Below are positions 8,040 to 18,150 of a stretch of DNA of 54,482 bases, piece by piece. The stretch spans positions 1-54,482 of IMG/VR virus record IMGVR_UViG_3300025066_000035, one strand, 5' to 3'. The first letter of the stretch is position 1; every line of letters starts with the position of its first letter. The notes beneath the pieces are model-generated. The model did not search any database. It saw only the letters and a list, made by a program, of their open reading frames with translations, and had not been told where the DNA came from. This DNA comes from a virus (taxonomy: Duplodnaviria; Caudoviricetes). The position numbers and the translations under genes were made by a program.

Positions 8040-11026
8040 CAGGTGAACCTAAACGCTAGTAGCGAGATGATAGGTGTGAAGTAATCTCGAAGAGACTTCA
8101 GAGACTCTTCTTGAGTCTTCTCTGCCCAAATGAGCTTTACCAAACTGTTGATCTGCTTTAGGCCTTCGGTTCTAATGGACATACTGTTTGTACCCTTGTC
8201 GTAAGAGTAGCGATCAATTTCCTGGGCCACGTTGTATGCAACTCTATGCGCACTAGCCTTGTACTTTACGGTAGCTCCAGCCTGCAGGTCAGCTCCGCCA
8301 TATAGTACGCCAGCCTTGTAGTCCACAGAGTACTTGTTAGCTGGCTCAAACTCTGGGTCTTGATAGTAATAGTGAATGGTGGTGTCGGCAGCAAGTGTTC
8401 CCCCAAGGGACACGTAGACTGTAACAACACCATCTCCACCGACGAAGTACTTTCCGGTGGAGTTGACAGCGGAAACACTACCCACGAGGGTGGCAAATGT
8501 TGTTGAATCACCGAACAGCACTTCGAAGCCCTCGTACCACAGGGCGCCTGCAGCAAGAGCGAAGCTAACAGTATCATTGAGACCGTCAGCCGTGGTGGCC
8601 ACGGTCTTCTCTGAGTTCATTGGGATCAAGCCGAGAAACTCAGACTTACCATCAACGAAGTCAACTTCTTGGGCGTCAACGTTAACGTATGTTCTGTCAA
8701 ACATGTCAGAGCTGACTCGAAGGCTTCCTTTGACAACGTAATCATGACTCAACGTCATAGCATCAGAAGCTGCACTGACCTTGGGTGTGCGGGCACCGAA
8801 GGACCCCGTCAGAACGTTCACGCGCTTCTTCAGCGAGCTTCCAACAGTATCCTCCTCCTCCACTGCCTGGAAGTCCTCAGGGGCGACCCTGACGCCCCAG
8901 GGGCGCACAGTGCCTTCGGCAAAGACCACGTCGAAAGAGTCTGTGCTTAGGGCCTGGCCGGTAGAGTGATCGAACGTAGCTCGGACGATCTCATCATCCA
9001 ACTCACTATTGAGCCACAAGACACCGTTCTCAGCATCTAGCATGTAGCTGTTAGGAGTAGACGCCAGTGTTGCACGAGTACTTACTGCCACATGCACGGT
9101 ACCCTTGTTGCTTGTCAGCACAAACCCATCTGTGTCCAGGTTGCTGACACCAAGGTGAATGATGCGCTTGTCTCGTGGGAGTAGTTTTGTGTGCCGGGCG
9201 GCTCGACGAGGCAGGTATGTTACCTGGATGTTGTCTTCATCTGGATCGAATAGCAATTCCATCTGATGGTAGTATCCGTCAGCGCGCTGTTCAAACAACA
9301 TTCGCTCTTCGTCAAAGACTACCTCAACCTTACTTCCGTCAGCTAGATCTTCGCTGAGTTCAATTTCTTGGAAGTCGTCAGAAAAACTCCACTGTTCTGC
9401 AGTCAGTGAGCCATTGTCTTCCACATACTCATATGTATAACCGTTGACGTAGACAGTCATCGACTCAGGATCAAGCCCGCCAGCAACAGGACTGAAGGGG
9501 AGTTCGAATCGAGTGGTCTGACCTGAGCCACGCCCAAGGTAGATGCGCTTAAAGCGATTGCCTCGTCGAGCAATACGAGGCTGAATTGCGAACACCTCGC
9601 TACGCGCTGGGCGCTCCGGGAGAGTAAGGTGAGAAGGACTCTTGTGCGTACTGACTGCTTTCATCAAAGTCTTCGTCTTCTTGATTGGGTTCGAATCAGG
9701 AAGGAAGCTGGTCGCATTGTCCAGGGAGTCGTCATCGCGGAGCATGCGCAAACGCCAGATCATGCTGGCTTGAGTACCGTCCATCAACACGGACTCTCCG
9801 ATAGAGTCATCAACGTTTTCTGCTGAGATCCAGGTTTCGCCACCGTCGAAGGAGACTTCAATCAAGGCGTCAAAAAGCTCAGGCTTTGGCGGCCAGATAT
9901 CGACTACTGGAATCGTAAGATAAAGTCCGGATGGCAAATCTCGCTCAACGCTGTTGATACCACCTACGCTATCGAACTTGAGTTGGTTGACAGCAAGCTT
10001 ACTGATGCCAAGGGCATAGCGCTTGCGCTCTGCCACACCACCATTGTTCGTTGCCACCTGCACAGAGTGGGGGTGTGCTTGAACAAGCTTGATGGTGATG
10101 GTCTTAGCCAAGGTGGGGAGAAATGTGAGACTCCACTCTGTATCGTTGCCAGCGGACCGCACCAGCATGCGGTCCTTGTCTAGAGGACCGGCAAGGGTCT
10201 TGGCTGAAACCTGATTCTGACCTGCAGTGCTCAGCAAGATGTCAGAGACAACATAGGTGTAAGTCTGACCGATGTTCAGTGGAGCGATAGTGATATTGTT
10301 TACCACCTGCGCTTTGGTTAGCTCAACAACGAGACTCAACTCAAGCGGACCGCTATCGAGACGCTCGTACTCAAACCAATTGTTTGGGTCTCCGTTGATA
10401 GCGTAGTCAGGGCTAATGTTGTTGACAGTAACTGCTTCATCTGAATTGCCCGGCTGCCCATTTGAACCTGAGCCAATAACAATGGACTTCAAAGGAAGTC
10501 CTTGCTGGTCGCGAACAGGTAGAGTGAGTACGCCTTGAGCAGTGTCAACAAAGCAGTTGGCGTCAGCAGTGTGCTTGTTGTCTACCCAGTCAAGATTGAG
10601 GAAATGGTCTGCGAGAACAAACTTGGCATCTTCGCCGTTCCAGAGGGCGAGAGCTGCACGCTTCTGGCGAATCCTCTTGAGCCGACCGAGCAAGTCTGCT
10701 AGTGCGTACTGCTGGCTGTTGAAGTGCTTGACAAACAAGTCAGCAAGCTTACGAAGCTTGGCTAGGTTCACTTGTAGCAGGTAGCTGAAGGTAGCATAAT
10801 CGCCCTGGAAGTTTTCGTACTCAGGGTAATCGCCCGCCCTCAATTGCTCTAGCTTAAAGTCCAAATCCAAGAGCTGCTCAAAGAGCTGCACTGCTTGAGC
10901 CTCGATGAGAACTTTCTCAGACTGAGTAGGCGCAGCTCGGCGCCTGCCAATGAAGTCTCGCAGCAAGCGCGATAGCGCATCTACTTGAGCGAGGTAACTT
11001 TGATCAATGGCGGAATTAACTGACAT
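8039..11026 (-). CDS. Virion structural protein (peripheral baseplate/fibre; paralogue 2)
   Basis: 995 aa. Coiled-coil N-terminus, GVLTLP, AINGDPNNWFEYE discoidin-like segment, ends TPIISLLAFRFT. Confidence 0.6.
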   Translation of the reverse strand: MSVNSAIDQSYLAQVDALSRLLRDFIGRRRAAPTQSEKVLIEAQAVQLFEQLLDLDFKLEQLRAGDYPEYENFQGDYATFSYLLQVNLAKLRKLADLFVKHFNSQQYALADLLGRLKRIRQKRAALALWNGEDAKFVLADHFLNLDWVDNKHTADANCFVDTAQGVLTLPVRDQQGLPLKSIVIGSGSNGQPGNSDEAVTVNNISPDYAINGDPNNWFEYERLDSGPLELSLVVELTKAQVVNNITIAPLNIGQTYTYVVSDILLSTAGQNQVSAKTLAGPLDKDRMLVRSAGNDTEWSLTFLPTLAKTITIKLVQAHPHSVQVATNNGGVAERKRYALGISKLAVNQLKFDSVGGINSVERDLPSGLYLTIPVVDIWPPKPELFDALIEVSFDGGETWISAENVDDSIGESVLMDGTQASMIWRLRMLRDDDSLDNATSFLPDSNPIKKTKTLMKAVSTHKSPSHLTLPERPARSEVFAIQPRIARRGNRFKRIYLGRGSGQTTRFELPFSPVAGGLDPESMTVYVNGYTYEYVEDNGSLTAEQWSFSDDFQEIELSEDLADGSKVEVVFDEERMLFEQRADGYYHQMELLFDPDEDNIQVTYLPRRAARHTKLLPRDKRIIHLGVSNLDTDGFVLTSNKGTVHVAVSTRATLASTPNSYMLDAENGVLWLNSELDDEIVRATFDHSTGQALSTDSFDVVFAEGTVRPWGVRVAPEDFQAVEEEDTVGSSLKKRVNVLTGSFGARTPKVSAASDAMTLSHDYVVKGSLRVSSDMFDRTYVNVDAQEVDFVDGKSEFLGLIPMNSEKTVATTADGLNDTVSFALAAGALWYEGFEVLFGDSTTFATLVGSVSAVNSTGKYFVGGDGVVTVYVSLGGTLAADTTIHYYYQDPEFEPANKYSVDYKAGVLYGGADLQAGATVKYKASAHRVAYNVAQEIDRYSYDKGTNSMSIRTEGLKQINSLVKLIWAEKTQEESLKSLRDYFTPIISLLAFRFT

Positions 11027-13133
11027 GCTCTCTCACTCGCAGAAAGTACGATAGAAGGACTGGCGTCAAATAGGGGTTGACGTTGTCGGCGCGACTGACG
11101 ATCACAGAAGACAGTGTACCAGAAGTTCCCTTAAACCGCTTGTCGAAGACGACCCTGCCGTTCTTCAGAGAGACCCCGGGGCGACTACTTAGCTGCTGGT
11201 TCCTTAGTGGACGATAGTCAATCCAGTACAGATCTGTGTGCCTGGGGTTTGTGAACCGGATCTTGAAAGTGCCAGCCTTGGCCTTGGCCTTGGCTGCAAC
11301 CCACTGCTTGTCTCTCGGCCAAGTACTAAGCCAAGTACTTCCTCGGTTGAAAGAGATTTCGTAGTCTGTCCCAATCGTAAGCGCCTGTGACTCGCGATAG
11401 ACTGACAGAGGAGCGGCTTGGGCGTCAGCCAAAAACGCGTATGGAGTGATCTTGGGGTAGGTCAGGGTTCCTGAAAGTGGCGGCGTAATATCGTCAGGTG
11501 CCAACAGCAACCAGTTCTCACTGAGCACGTACCAGCTCGTGGAACTGAAATTGAAATCTTGAGCACCAGCACCAGGACCAGCAACGATGTTGATGAGATC
11601 CTCCTGCTTCAAGCCTGTGAATTCACCCAGCTCATGAGGGTTGTCGAATTCCACGACAGCCCATCCAGCAACGTAGTAAGCTTGCTTGATTGTCTTCTGC
11701 TCTACGTTCCACATGATGTCAGGGAAAAGCTTGACTCGGCTTTCTCCACTGAAGATTGGCAAAAACTCTCGCTGAGCAGTTCTGGTATCAGGCAAGGGAA
11801 TCAGATCTCTGAAGGCCCTAGAGCCTTCAGCCCATTGGAGATCGACACCCAAGTATCTTTCTAGCAGGACCTCTCCTTCGTTCAGGAAGAAGAGTGTGCC
11901 GTAAGTACGGTTTTCGTTTGAGATCTGAATGGTCTCGACAATGTCGGTGTGCGATACGCCGATAGGACTGCTGACTTCTAGTGGCTGACTTCTGAAGACA
12001 CCCAGGTTCTCGTAAACCCTCAGGCTTGCAGAAACAGACTCCATAGAGAAGTCATAGACTCTCCCCTGGATATGCTCGCTGACCTCTGTGAGCTGCTGGC
12101 TGAAACCAGCTCCACGCAAAAGCTTGTTGACTTCGCGCACTCGCAAGTCACCAGACTCATACTTCGTTCGAGTAACAGGAGCATACTGGCGAAGGCGAAC
12201 CTTCAGGTACTTGGTTCGAACTGGTTCAAAAAGAACAGTCAACTGAACTTCAGAAGGTAGCTCCAGCTCAGTCAACTGGACTTCTTCTCCAGCCTCATTC
12301 AGGTAAGAGATGTCGTCCACATAGACCGTGCTGTGACCGAGGGGCCTGAGAGTCAGTTCATTAACGAGCTGCACCGAAGCAAAGGTAAGCAAGAATGTGC
12401 AGTAAGAAGGCGTGTGGTTGTACTTCCTGGAGGTGCCGTCATGATCTGTTCTGACGATAACGTGCCTAAATGTACGATCAGTTCGCAGGAGATTCGTTGC
12501 GGGTGAAGTCACGATAGGAGATCGAGTATCTCCTACGTCAGTTTCCTCTCCGACAAGTACGGCATCAACAATCGGGATAGGGACTCGCTGACGCAAAGGC
12601 AGGGTTAGTCCTGTGCCGGCAATCATCTCTGACATATTCGCAGCAGTAAATGGCAGACCAGTCTTGTAGTCGGTCAGCCATTCGGGCTGATCGTAGGCAA
12701 GAGGTGCATCTTCCGGACGAACAAATGAGTTGAAGTGAACCCTACTGTAACGTCCATTGATCTTGATCTCTTCTTCAGTTACGTATGCATCTAGAGCTTG
12801 CGCTTCACGCTGAAGGTCATCGAGCACAGCGAAGTTCTTGCTTGCTGACTGTTGGATTTCATTTTCTAGGGCACCACCCTGACTAGCCATGATTCCCATT
12901 GTCATCTTGGAATTCTTAACAAACTCCGTCCACTGTGCAGCATCCATAAAGGAGCCAGGGAATACAGGCGGTAGCCCTCCGGGCGCACCAGCAGTCTGAG
13001 ACAAGATGATCTTGGTCTTGTTATCAATGTCAGTCTGGGATGCCTCATGATGAGGGATGTCAGCGGCACGCCTTTCAGCGGCACGCCGCACATACTGAGC
13101 AGACTTGAATCCATCCTTTTGCTCAATGGGCAT
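11016..13133 (-). CDS. Virion structural protein (peripheral baseplate/fibre; paralogue 1)
   Basis: 705 aa. Helical N-terminus, GLTLP, FEPVRTKYLKVRL (discoidin-like), ends TPVLLSYFLRVR. Confidence 0.6.
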   Translation of the reverse strand: MPIEQKDGFKSAQYVRRAAERRAADIPHHEASQTDIDNKTKIILSQTAGAPGGLPPVFPGSFMDAAQWTEFVKNSKMTMGIMASQGGALENEIQQSASKNFAVLDDLQREAQALDAYVTEEEIKINGRYSRVHFNSFVRPEDAPLAYDQPEWLTDYKTGLPFTAANMSEMIAGTGLTLPLRQRVPIPIVDAVLVGEETDVGDTRSPIVTSPATNLLRTDRTFRHVIVRTDHDGTSRKYNHTPSYCTFLLTFASVQLVNELTLRPLGHSTVYVDDISYLNEAGEEVQLTELELPSEVQLTVLFEPVRTKYLKVRLRQYAPVTRTKYESGDLRVREVNKLLRGAGFSQQLTEVSEHIQGRVYDFSMESVSASLRVYENLGVFRSQPLEVSSPIGVSHTDIVETIQISNENRTYGTLFFLNEGEVLLERYLGVDLQWAEGSRAFRDLIPLPDTRTAQREFLPIFSGESRVKLFPDIMWNVEQKTIKQAYYVAGWAVVEFDNPHELGEFTGLKQEDLINIVAGPGAGAQDFNFSSTSWYVLSENWLLLAPDDITPPLSGTLTYPKITPYAFLADAQAAPLSVYRESQALTIGTDYEISFNRGSTWLSTWPRDKQWVAAKAKAKAGTFKIRFTNPRHTDLYWIDYRPLRNQQLSSRPGVSLKNGRVVFDKRFKGTSGTLSSVIVSRADNVNPYLTPVLLSYFLRVREHVS

Positions 13134-13136
13134 TGC

Positions 13137-13589
13137 TTACTCCAGCTTCAAGTCGATGAAGAATCTCCTGGCGCTCACGGCGGGAGGTGTTTCGAACTCG
13201 ATTGTGAATGACACACTGTCTCCTGAAGCCAGGTCAACAAATGGGATCTTAGAGTTGTAAGAAGCCCCTTGGTCCCGAGTGACATAGTCGTTAAAGGTGC
13301 CATCATTCTGTGTTACAGTAAGCTTCAGGCCCCCTTGAGACTCAAGCCCTAGCTTTGTCTTTTGCCCCCAGGTCATCAGATCCTGATAGTCTGTCTCTGG
13401 AGGAAAGTCTGCTGGGTTATCCACGTCTCCAACGTTTGTTGCTGGCACGATATACAGGCCCAAACCAGTGAGATCATCATCACCGTAGTTGGTGACTTGG
13501 ATCTGAATGGGGGAGCCATTGATGATCTCTGGATCGTAAACAGTTTTGCCGGTAGTCACCGACACGAACGTCAAGTCTGAAACACTCAT
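13137..13589 (-). CDS. Small beta-rich virion structural protein
   Basis: 150 aa, acidic and beta-strand-rich (Ig-like appearance); ATGA overlap with the upstream gene. Confidence 0.5.
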   Translation of the reverse strand: MSVSDLTFVSVTTGKTVYDPEIINGSPIQIQVTNYGDDDLTGLGLYIVPATNVGDVDNPADFPPETDYQDLMTWGQKTKLGLESQGGLKLTVTQNDGTFNDYVTRDQGASYNSKIPFVDLASGDSVSFTIEFETPPAVSARRFFIDLKLE

Positions 13590-15709
13590 AGAGCCACCTT
13601 CACCGCCACTTGATGCGTGCGGGGATACAGCACAACTGTACTGTTAATTGTTTCTTCAACCCGTACTGTGTAGTACACAACATCGTGTGCATCTACTGCA
13701 GTATCAGTATAGCTCATGGTCGCTGGAGAAGCTCCTCCAGCAACCGAATAGATCTCTTCCCATTCACCAACAGGATTGGTTCTGCGATAGATTCGGTAAG
13801 TGAGATCAGGGCCTTCCCAAGTCCAGGTAAGCTGAACGTCAGGAAGAAGTACGCTTTGAACAGTAAGTTCTGGTGCGGGGTAAACCCAGTCGATTACTGG
13901 GTAGCAAGTGCCGTCAAGGTGCCGAGTCAGCAGCTCCTCAGCCATTGCCTTGGGCAGCTTGCCGCCGTAATCATCACGCATAGACAAGGGTGCTTCAAGC
14001 AACATCACCTTGTGCTTGGGAACCTCTTGCCCATCGGGGCCATAACCTGCTGCACTCTGGAGGATGCGAGGATTCGCTCGAAGAGCATCAGCTTGACGAG
14101 TATCACGAAGACGTCCGCCTTCGGCGCGGACGTCATAAACCTTCATGTCCTGGACGTCATCGAGGTCTAGAACAACAACTTCTGCCAGGATGCCATAGCC
14201 AAAGTCATTCTGAAAACCAGCAGTGTATCTGGTAAGGAACGTGTCAGTCACAATGTCCGAAATGTACTTGAGCCCAATGACAGAAGAAGTGTTGACCGAG
14301 CCGTCTAGCTCAAACAACTGCAGGTTCGGGTAAGCAAAACCAAGGTCTTGGCTACACTCGCGGATGACGCCATCCTGGTCAACAATAAGGTGATGAATCG
14401 CACGGTCATCTGGATCAACGTCCGGCACCATGTAGAAGACAACCATCTTGTCTCCAACGTCACCGTTCATCAGTGGGTTCATATCCTGCCGAGTGTACTC
14501 GTAGTCGTCTGCCTCGTAATAGTACTGTGCAGCAATCTGATAGCTGGCGTGTAGCTTTGTGTTCAGCGAAATGAAGCCGCCAGCATTATCGTAACTTCTA
14601 ATCTGATCTGTCTCGTAGAAGACGTCAGTGTTGCTAAAGCGCTGACCTTCAAGAGTGGTGTCAGTAGTGAGAACTCTGATGAGATTGTTTTCGAAGTCGC
14701 TGATGAAGATGTGGATATGCAGTCCAAGTTCTGTATCGATAGCGATGTTCTTTCTAGTTGCAGCTAGCACTCGATCGTTCACCCATAGCAGCCTGCCGTA
14801 GGGGCTGTAAATGTAGGGCTTGGAAGGGCTGTAGTTCTGCTGGTCAAACTCTGGAACGTAGTAGCGACGCACTCGACCGTTAACCAGCGCGCTGAAGTCA
14901 CCGGCACTGAAACGCATGTGCCAGGGATCTTCTGGATCCCTGCCAGCAGGCAGACGGGGCTGAATCAACGAGCTTTCGACAGGGCGCCAGTACCAGGTAT
15001 CACCCTGATTCATGTAGAAGGTGTATCCGCTTGCGTTTCGCTCGCTGCTGTAACTCGGGTACGCAGTTGTCAGCTTGCCAGTATCTAGATCGATGTCTTC
15101 CCAACTAGCCTCTTTGGCTGAAGGGATAGGATTGAGGAGTTGATGAACAGTGCTGCCATCGTCTTGGGTACAAGTTACGTAGAACAGACTGTACGCACCA
15201 GTCTCGGGATCGAAGAAGTTCTGAAAGTTCGTGTAGATGTTGCTGTCATCCAAAGAGACTTCGTACCCACCGTCAACCTTTTGCACATTACCGCGTCGGA
15301 CTACTTCGAGATGACATTCAGCCACACCTTCAGGCAACGCGTGACGATAGAACAGCGGGCGAATCTCACCATGAGTATCTACACCAGTCTTATTGGTCAC
15401 CAAGATACTTTTGTACTCAGCAGCAAGAGAAGTGCTGGTGCTTACTACCCACTCCTTTCTGACCTCAGCATTTTTGTCTGAGTTGACAGGAATTCCGTAA
15501 GTGCGATTTGCGATTTGCAGATGAGTCCAACTATCAAGCTCACGGTTCTCCATATAGTCGAGGGCAACAGCAACTGGCTTGATGTCATCAAGATAGCGAA
15601 ACCTTTCGACCCGCTGGTGAACGTGATTCACCAGCTCTAGTGAAATCGAACGAGCTTCGCCGTAAGTTTGGTTAAGCGATGCAATCAGTTCGAGAGTCAT
15701 TTGACTCAT
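13586..15709 (-). CDS. Virion structural protein with C-terminal fibronectin type III-like domain
   Basis: The C-terminus VQLTWTW...TYRIYRR...SYTDTAV...VVYYTVRV matches the FN3 pattern; baseplate-region context. Confidence 0.65.
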   Translation of the reverse strand: MSQMTLELIASLNQTYGEARSISLELVNHVHQRVERFRYLDDIKPVAVALDYMENRELDSWTHLQIANRTYGIPVNSDKNAEVRKEWVVSTSTSLAAEYKSILVTNKTGVDTHGEIRPLFYRHALPEGVAECHLEVVRRGNVQKVDGGYEVSLDDSNIYTNFQNFFDPETGAYSLFYVTCTQDDGSTVHQLLNPIPSAKEASWEDIDLDTGKLTTAYPSYSSERNASGYTFYMNQGDTWYWRPVESSLIQPRLPAGRDPEDPWHMRFSAGDFSALVNGRVRRYYVPEFDQQNYSPSKPYIYSPYGRLLWVNDRVLAATRKNIAIDTELGLHIHIFISDFENNLIRVLTTDTTLEGQRFSNTDVFYETDQIRSYDNAGGFISLNTKLHASYQIAAQYYYEADDYEYTRQDMNPLMNGDVGDKMVVFYMVPDVDPDDRAIHHLIVDQDGVIRECSQDLGFAYPNLQLFELDGSVNTSSVIGLKYISDIVTDTFLTRYTAGFQNDFGYGILAEVVVLDLDDVQDMKVYDVRAEGGRLRDTRQADALRANPRILQSAAGYGPDGQEVPKHKVMLLEAPLSMRDDYGGKLPKAMAEELLTRHLDGTCYPVIDWVYPAPELTVQSVLLPDVQLTWTWEGPDLTYRIYRRTNPVGEWEEIYSVAGGASPATMSYTDTAVDAHDVVYYTVRVEETINSTVVLYPRTHQVAVKVAL

Positions 15710-15717
15710 AGCTCACC

Positions 15718-18150
15718 TCACTTCTTGCCGATGGCGCACTGAACCTTCTTTAGGCCTGCATGATCTGAGCTTCCCCAGGCAGTTCCTACAGCTTGCCTGT
15801 ACTGTGCGAAAGTGATTTCGTCAGCAGGTACGGCAATCAGTGTATTGGGTTCTGCTGGATTAGGAATCAGCAGGTCACCATCAGCAACAACACCATAGCA
15901 CATTACCGGGATCTGCCCGATGAAGGAGAGCACTTCGCACTCAGCTACTGGACCCAAGCCGGGCTGCTCGTTTCCTACAACAATGGCTCGATTGGTGATG
16001 ACCATGGGAGTGCCAGGACCCTGGGCATAGAAGAGACCTTCGCGTACATACACCACAAGGCCTTCAGGAAGGCCGAGGCGCGTAGTCTTTCTCTCGATCT
16101 TTTCGAAGTACGGCGCCCACTCGGCAACATCGCCGGCGCGCAACCACTCGCCGTAGTCAGCTCCACCAGACACGTACTTGACGTGACCGGCAGCCTGGGC
16201 TGTAACAGCACCGGCGCCACCAACTTCATCACAGTAGTCGTAGTTGCTGCTGTGCCTGCTGAAGAAGACCGGGTCGCTGCTGAGGTCAGTACCTCGAATA
16301 GATCCATAGATCTGAGGAGAGGCATTGTTTCCTCGAAACTGCATGTAGTAGAAAGCGTTACCGGGAATTGAAGCCCAGTACAGCTCCATGATGCCCTTGG
16401 CGCCAGGATTGACCTCTTGGAAAAGGGTTGCAGGATTAGAGGTGTAACCAGGTACGCTGTCGGTCTCGATCCAATACTGACGACTGGTGCTGTCATTGAC
16501 GCCGACGCCTGCGGCTGTGCTGCTGTCACTATACTTGTAGCTGTAGCCTAGCCCACCAACCTGGAACCAGCCGTCGTCTCCGCCATTTCCGTTGTTAGCT
16601 ACGCGGAAAGTTGCGTGTGTATCACTTGCTCCACCAGTACTGTCCTCTAGGAACCAGGTGCAATCGCGAGCATATGTCCAGAGAGCCTGATCGTTGAACT
16701 GAAAGAAACCAGAGGTGGTTGCAATCAAATTGATCTGGGCTCCAGAAGCAAGAGTAACGCCGCCAGTAGTCAGCGCATTCTCAACCCTGAAATCTCCACC
16801 AGAGGTAAGGTACATCCAGGCGTTGTCTGGGTGGCCGAAAGCCACCTTGTACGTGGTAGTGGCGGGCACCGCACCAGACGCACTAACGTAAGTGCCGGGA
16901 GTAGTAACTCCCTCGCCAACAAGAAGGTGGCCACGCATGGCGTTCTTGTCGTTCCAGTCACCTTCACCACTAGCGTAGCCATACCTGTGCAGGTACTGAG
17001 GAGCAAAGTTTCCCTTTACGTTCGACTTGGTGAAGGAACCCTTACTGCCCCAGGGGCCTGCGGTGAAGCCACCAATACCGTCAAGGTCTACAAGCGGTTC
17101 ACCAAAACTACGATCGTGAGTGTGCCCCATCTTCCTGCGAAGGTCGTCAATGGAGCCGGTGATATCGGTACCGACAGTAACTAGGACAAACTGATCGCCC
17201 CTGTCAACTTCAGTAGTAATATCAACAGCACCGACAAGAACGCTGGTTTCGCCATTGTAGAGGTATTCGGCACCAGAGTAGACCTCGCCAGTAGTCCAGT
17301 TCTTGAGCAGAAGAAACCCAGCGGGGATAACCTCGCCTACAGAGTAGGCTTCGGTGATAACCAGCGGGAGCTTGAGCTGCTGACCGTAGTTCGCATCTGA
17401 TGAACTGAGAACACTTGTGTCCATGTCATCATTAAATTGCGCATGGGAGATTGTTGGACACGTGACTGGGCGCCTGCCGTTCGCATCAAGCGCTCCTACT
17501 GCACAGCCACTACCGCCAGACATCTGGTTGGGGTCGGGAATCACGTTGAAACGCGCTCCCAGGTAGTTGGGACCACCTCTCCACTCATCGGGATCAATGG
17601 TGTAGGTTACTTCACCGGGATCAGTACTGTCAGTTGTCTTGACGCACCAGACTCTACCAGCAGAATCAACATGGTAATCGCCTTCAGCATCAAGCCCTGT
17701 AGGGCTTGAGACCGAATCGTAAAACGCTTCAGCAGCTCCATTCTTTGTAAAAGAAATACTAGCTGTGCTGCTGGGCGGGTACTTGAGTGCGAACTCATTC
17801 ACGTCGGAAGGAACATCTTCCGTGACAGTTCTGGCGCCACCAACAGCTTCTGGATTCAAGTTTGATGCTGGGCCGATCAGTCTAGCAATGTTGGCAATAT
17901 CCAGAGACCTGGTCAACGCCCCGGACACTGGAGTGTCTTCAGCAACGCGACCGTAAGCTGCAGCTAGCCTAGCTGTAGTGCTAGTGCTGTATGGATAGCT
18001 TTGGTCGTGAATGTCGCCGACCGCTCTCTCTAGTTGTTCGGCAGCCCTGCGCAGCTGGGCAGTGATAGACGATAGCTTCTCTGAGGTTGGTGTCTCACCA
18101 GCAGTAAAGCTGGTGAGTACAGAGATGCCTTGTTGTAGCTTGTCAGCCAT
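15718..18150 (-). CDS. Tail fibre/spike with C-terminal Peptidase_G2-like intramolecular chaperone (autocleavage) domain
   Basis: SGGADYGEWL motif at about 16141-16170, followed by a roughly 150-aa domain (FIGQIPV, GDLLIP, VGTAW). Helical N-terminal anchor and an HTH (His-x-His) motif. Confidence 0.72.
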   Translation of the reverse strand: MADKLQQGISVLTSFTAGETPTSEKLSSITAQLRRAAEQLERAVGDIHDQSYPYSTSTTARLAAAYGRVAEDTPVSGALTRSLDIANIARLIGPASNLNPEAVGGARTVTEDVPSDVNEFALKYPPSSTASISFTKNGAAEAFYDSVSSPTGLDAEGDYHVDSAGRVWCVKTTDSTDPGEVTYTIDPDEWRGGPNYLGARFNVIPDPNQMSGGSGCAVGALDANGRRPVTCPTISHAQFNDDMDTSVLSSSDANYGQQLKLPLVITEAYSVGEVIPAGFLLLKNWTTGEVYSGAEYLYNGETSVLVGAVDITTEVDRGDQFVLVTVGTDITGSIDDLRRKMGHTHDRSFGEPLVDLDGIGGFTAGPWGSKGSFTKSNVKGNFAPQYLHRYGYASGEGDWNDKNAMRGHLLVGEGVTTPGTYVSASGAVPATTTYKVAFGHPDNAWMYLTSGGDFRVENALTTGGVTLASGAQINLIATTSGFFQFNDQALWTYARDCTWFLEDSTGGASDTHATFRVANNGNGGDDGWFQVGGLGYSYKYSDSSTAAGVGVNDSTSRQYWIETDSVPGYTSNPATLFQEVNPGAKGIMELYWASIPGNAFYYMQFRGNNASPQIYGSIRGTDLSSDPVFFSRHSSNYDYCDEVGGAGAVTAQAAGHVKYVSGGADYGEWLRAGDVAEWAPYFEKIERKTTRLGLPEGLVVYVREGLFYAQGPGTPMVITNRAIVVGNEQPGLGPVAECEVLSFIGQIPVMCYGVVADGDLLIPNPAEPNTLIAVPADEITFAQYRQAVGTAWGSSDHAGLKKVQCAIGKK

